Source of the DNA: Lysobacterales bacterium
GTDB taxonomy: Bacteria > Pseudomonadota > Gammaproteobacteria > Xanthomonadales > SZUA-5
DNA: 64,000 nucleotides
NCBI GenBank assembly: GCA_022844165.1
Contig: JALHMH010000012.1
Location: forward strand, 32,001 to 96,000
Direction: 5' to 3'
Below are positions 52,611-61,175 of the stretch, piece by piece. The notes beneath the pieces are model-generated. The model saw only the letters and a program-made list of their open reading frames with translations. It ran no database searches and was not told where the DNA came from. Position 1 is the first letter of the stretch. Each line of letters starts with the position of its first letter. Both the position numbers and the translations under genes were made by a program.

Positions 52611-55108
52611 GTGACGCGAATCGCAAAGCGGGTGTGCTCATCGTTGCCAGTAATCGCGAGGATCGTCGCGTGCTCTTCGATTCGTTCGATGGTGCCGAAT
52701 TCGAAGCCATCTACACGGCTCGCGATGTGGTGCAAGCGCATGGGTTGTTGTCTCAGGACCCCGATCTGGCGCTGATCTTTGTCGAATTTCTCGATCCTTA
52801 CGCTGAGATGGAAGGATTGTGCCGCTTACTCGCCGGTCATCCGCGGTGGCGCAAGGTGCCGCGGATCGGTGTGCTGCCCGTTGGCGCTCTGCCGCCAGGT
52901 TCGCAGGGCGGACCGGATGCGCCTGTTGTGAGTTGGATCAAGAGTCCGGTGAGTGCGGCAGAGGCGCTTCGCCAGGCGCGCGAAGTCATGATGCAGTCGA
53001 CATCGATTGCGCCGGTTGATTCGGGCAATTGGCTGGAGCACCTGGAAATGCCGGCGGTGATTGTCGATCCCGCCAGCGATAAACTCCTCAAGGTCAATCA
53101 CAGAGCGCTTGAACTACTGCATATCGAGGCCGACGCCTTGCCGCATCAATCGAGTCGGCTACTGATCGGTGAGCTGCCGGCGTTTCGGCCAGAGTCGCTG
53201 GGTTTAGGCGAAACGAGAATCGACACGGGTGCCGGACCTCGACTCGTGGGTTTGGCAACGGTCGGATTGAACGATGGTCAGCAGCTGGTCATGCTCACAG
53301 CCAGTGGCAGTGCCTCGTCGCCGATAGAGCTGCTGGCTCAATTGACGCGAACCGGCATTGACTCGGCTGCAGTGCCGCCCGTGCTTAAGCGACTGATTGC
53401 CGATTATGGGCTGGATCTGTTCTACGTCTGTATTGAACGCGGCGGCAACGAGACGGAACCGCAAGTATTGGCCGCGTACCCGCGCAACAGCGATGGTGGA
53501 ATGCATAGCGTCTGGCAAACCGACGTTTACCGGCGTGTCCTCAGTTCCGCGGAAATAAGCGTTGCGCAGGATGCGGCAACGCTCCAGCCTGAAGCGCTTT
53601 TGAAACAAATGCGGTTACAGTCGTTGTGCGCGGCGCCGATGTTTGGTGAAGGTCAGCGTGCTATCGGCGCATTGATTGCGGGCAGCCGCAAGCCCCAACC
53701 GCGCGCGGCGGAGTTGTTATCGGTTCTTCGTTTGGTTGGATCGCATTTGGCGATGCAAGCACTGGTATCGCGATTCCGCTCCGATTCGCGCTACCAGGGT
53801 TTGCACGATTCGCTGACGCGCCTGCCGAATCGTCTGCTATTCAACGATCGATTGCAGACCGCCTTGGCAGAAGCGGGTCGCAGTGGAGAGCTGTTCGCTG
53901 TGCTGTTCGTTGACCTCGATCGTTTCAAGACCATCAACGATAGCCTTGGGCACTCTGTCGGCGATCAGGTGTTGATCGGTGTCTCCAAACGACTTCGCGC
54001 CAGCGTGCGCGCATCGGATACGATCGCACGGTATGCAGGCGACGAATTCACGGTGGTGCTGCGGCACATCGTACAACGCGATGATGTGCTGCGGGTGGCT
54101 GACAAAATTGTCCGGGTATTGGAAACGCCACTGACGCTCTCCGACGGCCGCGAACTGCAGATTACTGCCAGTATCGGAATCAGTTTTTATCCTGACGATG
54201 GCACGGACGCGGAGACGCTGCTGAAGCATGCTGATGTCGCCATGTACAGTGCGAAAGGTCTTGGCAGGAATACCTATCAAGCCTATGTCGCGGTACCGGA
54301 AGAGTCACATCGCCAGCGGCTTGATCTGGAAACCAAGCTACGTGTGGCGGAACGCAACAATGAGCTTAGAGCGTATTACCAGCCGCAGATGGATGCTCTG
54401 ACCGAAGACATACTCGGTATGGAAGCACTGCTGCGTTGGGAACATCCGGAACTCGGGTTGATTTCGCCCGGCTTTTTTATTCCGATTGCTGAGGAAACCG
54501 GGCTGATCGTGCCGATTGGCGAGTGGATCCTGCGCGTCGCATGCATGGACACCAAACGTTGGATCGACAGGTTTCAGCTGCCACTGCGTGTCAGCGTCAA
54601 CCTGTCGGCGCTGCAATTGCGGCAGCCGAACTTGGTGGACATTGTTGCGAGCGCGCTGCGGGATGCAAATCTCCCGGCTGAATATCTCGATCTGGAAGTC
54701 ACCGAGAGCATCAACATAAAGGACATCCCGAATTTAATGGACTTGCTCAGCGCACTGCGCGAACTGGGCTGTCATATCGCCATCGATGACTTCGGTACGG
54801 GCCAATCTTCGCTCGACTACATCAAACGATTTCCGGCCGACCGTATCAAGATCGATCAGACCTTCGTGCGCAACATTGGCGTTGATCCTGCAGACGAAGC
54901 GATCGTGAAAGCGACCATCGACATGGCACGCACGATGGAACGGATCGTTGTTGCCGAGGGGGTCGAAACCGAAGACCACTTCAAGTTCTTGAGCGCACAC
55001 GGTTGTCAGGAGCTACAGGGTTATTTGTTTTGCCGGCCGTTGCCCGCAACCAGCTTTGAGAACATGCTCGCCGAACGCGCGAAGCTGGTGGCTGAAATTC
55101 AAGGCTAG
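52607..55108 (+). CDS. Pseudo-REC, PAS-like, GAF, GGDEF, EAL protein (probable c-di-GMP phosphodiesterase)
   Basis: HDSLTRLPNR, AGDEF, EALLRW, DDFGTGQSSL and EGVET motifs. Confidence 0.92.
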   Translation: MSDANRKAGVLIVASNREDRRVLFDSFDGAEFEAIYTARDVVQAHGLLSQDPDLALIFVEFLDPYAEMEGLCRLLAGHPRWRKVPRIGVLPVGALPPGSQGGPDAPVVSWIKSPVSAAEALRQAREVMMQSTSIAPVDSGNWLEHLEMPAVIVDPASDKLLKVNHRALELLHIEADALPHQSSRLLIGELPAFRPESLGLGETRIDTGAGPRLVGLATVGLNDGQQLVMLTASGSASSPIELLAQLTRTGIDSAAVPPVLKRLIADYGLDLFYVCIERGGNETEPQVLAAYPRNSDGGMHSVWQTDVYRRVLSSAEISVAQDAATLQPEALLKQMRLQSLCAAPMFGEGQRAIGALIAGSRKPQPRAAELLSVLRLVGSHLAMQALVSRFRSDSRYQGLHDSLTRLPNRLLFNDRLQTALAEAGRSGELFAVLFVDLDRFKTINDSLGHSVGDQVLIGVSKRLRASVRASDTIARYAGDEFTVVLRHIVQRDDVLRVADKIVRVLETPLTLSDGRELQITASIGISFYPDDGTDAETLLKHADVAMYSAKGLGRNTYQAYVAVPEESHRQRLDLETKLRVAERNNELRAYYQPQMDALTEDILGMEALLRWEHPELGLISPGFFIPIAEETGLIVPIGEWILRVACMDTKRWIDRFQLPLRVSVNLSALQLRQPNLVDIVASALRDANLPAEYLDLEVTESINIKDIPNLMDLLSALRELGCHIAIDDFGTGQSSLDYIKRFPADRIKIDQTFVRNIGVDPADEAIVKATIDMARTMERIVVAEGVETEDHFKFLSAHGCQELQGYLFCRPLPATSFENMLAERAKLVAEIQG

Positions 55109-55357
55109 CGAGGCTTCGCCTCGGACCGACGAGCATTGGTGGCTTCGCCAGACACGGAACTTGCCAAAACCCCCATTGAGCGCTGCGCGCATTTCCGGCC
55201 CGGCGGCACAACCGCCGGTCGTTCGGCTCGGCACACGCCTCGCGGCGTGTAAGCGCCGATCCTCACCCCCTTGTACTCAAGGGGGCGTCAACTGCCAAAG
55301 CCGCTGCGCAGAAAATTTGACTCAAATGTACAGATCCGGCTCCGTCAAGGACTCTAG
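55105..55357 (+). repeat. Full-length copy B of the CTRG-flanked hairpin element
   Basis: CTAG at both ends; collinear with 15038-15278; shares the 3' end GAAAATTTGACTCAAATG...CTCCGTCAAGGACTCTAG. Confidence 0.88.
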
Positions 55358-56748
55358 CAAGGCTTCGCCAGGCGTGTGCATTCAGTCGCCGCCTGTTTCG
55401 ATTCACTGACTTGCCTTGCGGCGCGCAACCCGCTGCGGTAGGCGCCATGGACTGAACCCGGAAAATCGGAGACGGTCGCCTCGCCGGCCATAAATACGCT
55501 TGGGCCACCGGGTATTGCGAGCACTTCCAGGTCGGTCAGTGAAGCGCCTGGCGGTACGACGCTATAGGACCCTCCGGCGAATGGATCACTCGCCCACCGT
55601 GTTCGGATCGCACCATCGGGGCGAGGGATGTTCTTGCCGAAAATAGCCCGTAGATCGTCCAAGATTGCGTCGAAGACCGCAGCGTCGGGCAGTGTCTCCA
55701 ACTTGCGCGAAAACGTGCCTGCAACCAGGGCGACGAGGATCGGTTGTCGGTGCAGCGGGAACAGGTTGTAGAACTCGCAGCGCGCTTGTGCATCGCTGTC
55801 GACGCGCGCGAACGTGTGCGCTGCTTCTGGCCAGAACACGCTTGGGAACTTCAGGACGATTTTATTCAGCGCGCCGCTCGCCAGCCGCTTGATCGCCGTT
55901 CGCTGACGGGCAGGCAGGGCAGGCTCAAATCGCACCGTTCCAGACTTCAGCACGCCGAGCGGCAAAGTGCAAATGGCCAGATCGGCGCTGAAGTGGCGTT
56001 GAGTCGTTTGCACGGTAACGCCACGGGCGTGCTGCGACACGGTGCGCACAACGTGGCCTGGGCGGATATCCAGATGTGCCGCCAGCTGCGCAACGATGGC
56101 ACCAAAACCTTGCTCCAACAGTACATGTTCGCCTGGCCACTCGTCATCTTCATTCCAGGAACGCAACGCAAGCTGGTGCGCGGATTCGCCGTATTCCGAT
56201 TCGATCAAACTCCAAAGCTGCCACCGCACCGCAGAACTGATCACATCGTTGCCGAGCAGCTCAACGGATGCCTGGTCAATGGCCGTTGCCAAATTGGCGT
56301 CGTCGTTGACGGCTGTCTTGATCGTTTCGACCTGCTTCAGAACGGCTTCGAACAGTTCGTCTGCCGCATCGATTTGCTGGTCGGTCAGCGGTTTGCCGCG
56401 CGCGTAGAGCACGGATGTGTTCCAGTCCGTTGCCTTCATCGTCATGCGGGCAGATTTCGCGAGTTTGGTAAGCGGGTTTCCATCGATGCCCGCAATCCAC
56501 GCACCACCCAGGTCTAACGGGGATCCCAGCGAGTGATCGGTCCAGATGCGTCCACCAATGCGATGGCGTGCTTCCAGGACAATGACGCGGTAGCCGCGTT
56601 TTTGCAGTTCGGTTGCGCAGGCGATTCCAGCCATTCCGGCGCCAAGTACAAGGACGTCGGCACGTGTCGTCAAAGCACGCCCATGCGCCACGTTTCGTGT
56701 CAGCAATGGTGCCATTGCCAGCGGCAGCAACAGGTTTCGGCGATGCAT
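55354..56748 (-). CDS. Flavin monoamine/polyamine oxidase family protein with Tat-like signal
   Basis: MHRRNLLL, GAGMAG, LEARHRIGGR, DLGGAWI, W..DPFAGGSYS and AGEAT..GSVHGAY.SG motifs. Confidence 0.9.
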   Translation of the reverse strand: MHRRNLLLPLAMAPLLTRNVAHGRALTTRADVLVLGAGMAGIACATELQKRGYRVIVLEARHRIGGRIWTDHSLGSPLDLGGAWIAGIDGNPLTKLAKSARMTMKATDWNTSVLYARGKPLTDQQIDAADELFEAVLKQVETIKTAVNDDANLATAIDQASVELLGNDVISSAVRWQLWSLIESEYGESAHQLALRSWNEDDEWPGEHVLLEQGFGAIVAQLAAHLDIRPGHVVRTVSQHARGVTVQTTQRHFSADLAICTLPLGVLKSGTVRFEPALPARQRTAIKRLASGALNKIVLKFPSVFWPEAAHTFARVDSDAQARCEFYNLFPLHRQPILVALVAGTFSRKLETLPDAAVFDAILDDLRAIFGKNIPRPDGAIRTRWASDPFAGGSYSVVPPGASLTDLEVLAIPGGPSVFMAGEATVSDFPGSVHGAYRSGLRAARQVSESKQAATECTRLAKPC

Positions 56749-56887
56749 AACGACGGATGCCTTTGACGATTGACGGTCGTGCCCGGAAGGCTACATCGCA
56801 GAAGTCACGACAGGGCGATGCTTGAGGAATGTCAGTTGCGATCGCCAGAGCGCGTATGGCAGATCAAGGTCATTGAGAGTCGCCATC

Positions 56888-58447
56888 ATGCGTTCCTTGT
56901 TCGTTACCGTGGGTTTGGTCGTGGCAGATATTGCCTGTGCCGCAACTTCTGTGTTCTCTGCCAACAACCCGGGCGTCATTGAGGGGCTCGGACGTCAACT
57001 CACATTTGACCTTTCGACGCTGACAGGTGAAGTCCGCAGCGCACGCCTGGAGTTGGACTTCGATTACACGGTTGCCAGAGAACTCACATTGACGCTCAAC
57101 AGCAATGGCCAGATCTTACCGCTTGCGCAGTTTCCCAGCGTCGGCGGCTCATCGTCGTTGCGCGGAACCTATCGGTTCGAGGACGGCGCAGTCACGACGT
57201 GGCTGCAACTGGAGGCGGCCGCAGGCGGAGGTGTCATCGATTCGCGCGTACCAGCCCGCGCCTTTCAGAGTCTGGGTGGCGAACAGTGTCTGAACTTGCT
57301 CGCCCGATTCATTGAATTCGACATCGATCGGATGCAACCTCTGCGGTTAGACATCGACCGCTTTGCGGCGCCAGGTCCGGGTGGTGGTTCGATTGCAGCG
57401 GCGCGCCTGATCGTCGATACCGAAGCGCCTGACCGCATTGCCTACACCGGTTTCGACGAACCATCGGCGCCGATCGTTCGGTGCCTGCGTCCGAGCCTGG
57501 ACCTCCTCGTCAACGGCATGGTCGATCAGAGCCGCTTGAGCCCTATTGCGCTGATCGATTTCGCGGGCGAGAACTTGAGTTGGTTTGTGCGCCAGCGCGT
57601 GCCGTTGCTCGACGTAGGGCCGATCCTGTTCGCCAGTTCGGACCAGGAAGTCTATGCAGGCCGCTTCGGCGGACGCTCCCGGATGAACTTCGGCGTGTTC
57701 GATGCAGCGAGCGGAACGGTCACATTTTCGACCGGCACCGGTGGACGAACGATCAGTATTGAAGGCGATTGGCTGTCGGTTCCTTATCGAACTTTGCCCG
57801 GTGACTACGATGGCGATGGCATCACCGACGTTGCGCTGGCGTACCTGGATGGCGGCAGCAATCGCTGGATCGCGCGGATTCGCTTTTCGAATACGGGGCA
57901 AACCCGGGACTACACGATCGATCCGCGCACCTTCGACCCGAATTCATTCACGTCCGGTGCCATTGGCTGGGGCGCGGGTCAAGACAGTGATCGCGATGGG
58001 CGCGACGAAATCGTTGGGTATGCCGAGTTCTCGGCGGCGGCAGGTATGAGCTATCTACAGCTGGTGCCCGATCCGAACTCAACCTCCATCACGCTATTTC
58101 GTACGGGCAGCTTCGGTCAGCGTGGTGACCAATTGGTGCTTGGAAAGTGGCAGCTCGCGAGCCACAACGCGATGCGGGTGTTTCGCGTCAATGGCTTTTT
58201 GCGGTGGCAACAATTTGGCAGTTCGACAGCCTTCGCCTGGGGTGATCCTGGCGATCTACCGATGTCCGTCCATGTCGACAGCGATCTGGTCAATGACATC
58301 GCGGTTTTTCGTCCCAGTACAGGGGAGGTTTATGCGATCGCCAGCTCCAACGGCGCACAGGTGACCATCCCGGCACTGACGGCGCCGGCGCCGCTCATCA
58401 CGCCATTGGGGTTCTTGCAAGGCGTCACGGCGCCGCTCGAACAGTGA
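56888..58447 (+). CDS. Secreted protein with FG-GAP/VCBS-like Ca-binding repeats
   Basis: Signal-like N-terminus; PGDYDGDGITDVA, DSDRDGRDEIV and DSDLVNDIAVFRPSTG repeats. Confidence 0.75.
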   Translation: MRSLFVTVGLVVADIACAATSVFSANNPGVIEGLGRQLTFDLSTLTGEVRSARLELDFDYTVARELTLTLNSNGQILPLAQFPSVGGSSSLRGTYRFEDGAVTTWLQLEAAAGGGVIDSRVPARAFQSLGGEQCLNLLARFIEFDIDRMQPLRLDIDRFAAPGPGGGSIAAARLIVDTEAPDRIAYTGFDEPSAPIVRCLRPSLDLLVNGMVDQSRLSPIALIDFAGENLSWFVRQRVPLLDVGPILFASSDQEVYAGRFGGRSRMNFGVFDAASGTVTFSTGTGGRTISIEGDWLSVPYRTLPGDYDGDGITDVALAYLDGGSNRWIARIRFSNTGQTRDYTIDPRTFDPNSFTSGAIGWGAGQDSDRDGRDEIVGYAEFSAAAGMSYLQLVPDPNSTSITLFRTGSFGQRGDQLVLGKWQLASHNAMRVFRVNGFLRWQQFGSSTAFAWGDPGDLPMSVHVDSDLVNDIAVFRPSTGEVYAIASSNGAQVTIPALTAPAPLITPLGFLQGVTAPLEQ

Positions 58448-58460
58448 GGTTCTCGCCAGT

Positions 58461-59519
58461 TTAGCCCAGATCGAAAACGCGTACGCCCGGCAGTGTTCGC
58501 AGTGGTGCGGTTCCCAACATCTGCGCTGGCGAGGCAAATCCATCCGGTACCTGTGCCGATAGCGAACGCTCGACACAAGCTAATGCCGCGAGCACCGTAA
58601 AGTCGTAAGGATCAGGACCTTCGACAACACTGCGCATTTTTGCGCCAACTTCGTTCACGACCTCACCGTAAAGATAACTTCTACGTTTGGCACGTTCATT
58701 GGGCTTTGGTCCTTCCGGTGCTTTTGCGACGTGGTCCTCCAGCAACGTGCGCAAAAAGCCCTTCGCGAACATCTTGCTGTTCTTTAAGACAAAGCGCAGT
58801 ACTGCAGGAAGTGCGGCATAGCTGCTGATGTGCGGGATGCCGGTTGACTGACCGGCGCTGATGACGTCTGCTCGCCAGGGGAACAGCACGGCGCGCTGCT
58901 GTTTGCCGGGGCCAAAATCGATGCTGCGCGATTGGCTGCCCGGTTCGGCGTTGACCAGTTGGCCGGACTTTCTCACGACGCCGCCCTGACCGAGGCTGTC
59001 GAGGAACGTCCGCATCGTGCCAGCACTCGCGCTGGCGCCAGCAGAGAAAGCCAGCAACAACGAAACGGCGTTTGGCTGCCGCTGCTTCAAATGCAGCGCC
59101 AGGCAGTCTGTTGGCAAAATCCCGAAGCCTGCGCCAGGCAGCAACATCACGCCAGCTTCTCTCGCTCGTTCATCGAGTCGCTGCAAAGTTCGGTGATCGG
59201 CAACCTCGCTGGCGATATCGAGATAGTGTGCCCCGGTACGCATGCACGCCTGGGCAAGCGTCGATGCCGTCAACGAGAATGGGCCAGCACAATTGAGAAC
59301 CAAGCGAATTCCGCTGAGCGATTTATCGATCGCATCGCGCGCGGACATGTCGAAGGCTCGGTGTTTCAAATCGAGAGAATCTGCGAACGTTTTGACGGCC
59401 GCAGCGTCGCGGCTCGACAAGATGACATTGTGTCCGCGGCGTCTGGCTTCCGTTGCGATCAGGCGACCGGTGTAGCCGGTCGCCCCATAGAGCAGCCACC
59501 CAGGCTTGAATGTTGCCAT
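58461..59519 (-). CDS. Saccharopine dehydrogenase-like NAD(P)-binding oxidoreductase
   Basis: LYGATGYTG, VLNCAGPF, HYLDI and GAGFGILPTD motifs. Confidence 0.88.
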   Translation of the reverse strand: MATFKPGWLLYGATGYTGRLIATEARRRGHNVILSSRDAAAVKTFADSLDLKHRAFDMSARDAIDKSLSGIRLVLNCAGPFSLTASTLAQACMRTGAHYLDIASEVADHRTLQRLDERAREAGVMLLPGAGFGILPTDCLALHLKQRQPNAVSLLLAFSAGASASAGTMRTFLDSLGQGGVVRKSGQLVNAEPGSQSRSIDFGPGKQQRAVLFPWRADVISAGQSTGIPHISSYAALPAVLRFVLKNSKMFAKGFLRTLLEDHVAKAPEGPKPNERAKRRSYLYGEVVNEVGAKMRSVVEGPDPYDFTVLAALACVERSLSAQVPDGFASPAQMLGTAPLRTLPGVRVFDLG

Positions 59520-59526
59520 AACGTGA

Positions 59527-60960
59527 TCAAGCCAATACGGCGTTGCCGCCGCGATTGGCGTAGTGCTCGTGAATCACCCTGGCCATGCTGGCGGTCAGTT
59601 TCTTTCCGGTCGGAATGTGCAAGAACTCGTTCGGGCCGTGGGCATTGGATTTTGGGCCAAGCAATCCCGTCACGACGAATTGCGCCTCTGGGAATCGCTC
59701 CTGGAGCATGTTCATGAACGGAATACTCCCGCCTTCGCCCATCGCGGCGGCGCGTGGCCCGAAGAATTGCTGGGACGCTTCGTTGACACTCGCACGCAGC
59801 CATTCGGCCGTCGCCGGGGCGGCCCAACCTGTACCCGACTTTTCGATTTCGAATTCGATCCTGGCGCCGTAGGGCGGATCCTTTTCCAACACTTCTTTCA
59901 GCCGTGCCGACGCCACATCGCCATGCAGAGTTGGTGGCAAACGCACGGACAATTTGACGGCCGTGTGCGGGCGAAGTACGTTACCGGCATCGGTCAACGA
60001 AGGCAATCCATCGGCTCCGGTGACGCTCAGCGTTGGTCGCCACGTACGATTGAGGACCAGTTCTGTAAGGTCATTCGCCATCGGTGTCATACCCGGCAAG
60101 AACGGAAATTTGTCGTAAACGGCGGAACCTAGAACGGTCGAAGCTTCCTTCGCTTGTTCGACGCGTTCGCCTGGGATATCCACGTACAAGGCATCGACCT
60201 TGATCTTGCCTGTCACCGGATCCTCGATTCGATCCAACAGTTGTCGGAGCAATCGGAACGAGCTGGGTACAACGCCGCTTGCGTCGCCGGAGTGCACGCC
60301 CTCCTCAAGCACCTGCACGCGAAGCGTGCCACCCGCAAGTCCTCGCAGACTGGTGGTCAGCCAAAGCTGATCGTAATTTCCACAACCCGAATCCAGGCAA
60401 ATCACCAAACTTGGCTTGCCGATACGCGGCGCCAGGTGGTTGATATAGAACGGCAGGTCATAACTGCCAGATTCCTCGCAGCCCTCGATCAGAATAACGC
60501 AACGAGCGTGATCCAGGCCGCGTTCTTTCAGGGCCATGATCGCAGTGAGCGACGCATAGGTAGCATACCCATCGTCAGCACCACCACGCCCGTACAGTTT
60601 GTCGCCAGAAAGGACGGGTTTCCACGGGTCAAGACCGACATTCCAACCGACCATTTCCGGTTGTTTGTCCATATGACCATAGAGCAGGACGGTATCGTCG
60701 CCCTTGCCCGGGATCTCGATGTACAAAAGCGGCGTCCGGCCCGGCAGGTCGACGCGTTCCACAGTCATTCCGGAAACGGGTTGATCGCGGACCCAGGTTT
60801 CCAGGAGCGCCATCGCTTCAGCCATATAACCACGATCTGCCCACTGCAGATCGAACATTGGTGACTTATTCGGGATCTTAATGTACGTGGTCAATTGCGG
60901 GACGATTTGCTGGTCCCACATGTCGGACACGTAGTCGAGCACTTTTTTGGTGTCGAACAT
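59527..60960 (-). CDS. M20 family metallopeptidase (dipeptidase-like)
   Basis: YGHMDKQP, GRGGADDG, EESGS and NAHGPNE motifs. Confidence 0.92.
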   Translation of the reverse strand: MFDTKKVLDYVSDMWDQQIVPQLTTYIKIPNKSPMFDLQWADRGYMAEAMALLETWVRDQPVSGMTVERVDLPGRTPLLYIEIPGKGDDTVLLYGHMDKQPEMVGWNVGLDPWKPVLSGDKLYGRGGADDGYATYASLTAIMALKERGLDHARCVILIEGCEESGSYDLPFYINHLAPRIGKPSLVICLDSGCGNYDQLWLTTSLRGLAGGTLRVQVLEEGVHSGDASGVVPSSFRLLRQLLDRIEDPVTGKIKVDALYVDIPGERVEQAKEASTVLGSAVYDKFPFLPGMTPMANDLTELVLNRTWRPTLSVTGADGLPSLTDAGNVLRPHTAVKLSVRLPPTLHGDVASARLKEVLEKDPPYGARIEFEIEKSGTGWAAPATAEWLRASVNEASQQFFGPRAAAMGEGGSIPFMNMLQERFPEAQFVVTGLLGPKSNAHGPNEFLHIPTGKKLTASMARVIHEHYANRGGNAVLA

Positions 60961-61175
60961 GGGCTTTCGCTCTTTGGTGTGCTTTAGTTTGTCGAGTCTA
61001 CCTTGCCAAGGGAACAGCAGGCGGCGTGCTGGCACTTCAAGTTGCGCTTGCATTTTTCTAAGTCTGCCTGCACCATACGACCCCGTATGGAGCCGCACGG
61101 GGTTGGCTCGCCAACATACAATCAATCAATGCTCGCGGTCGTCCGACCGCGTTCACGAATCTTGGGAGGGTTCTC

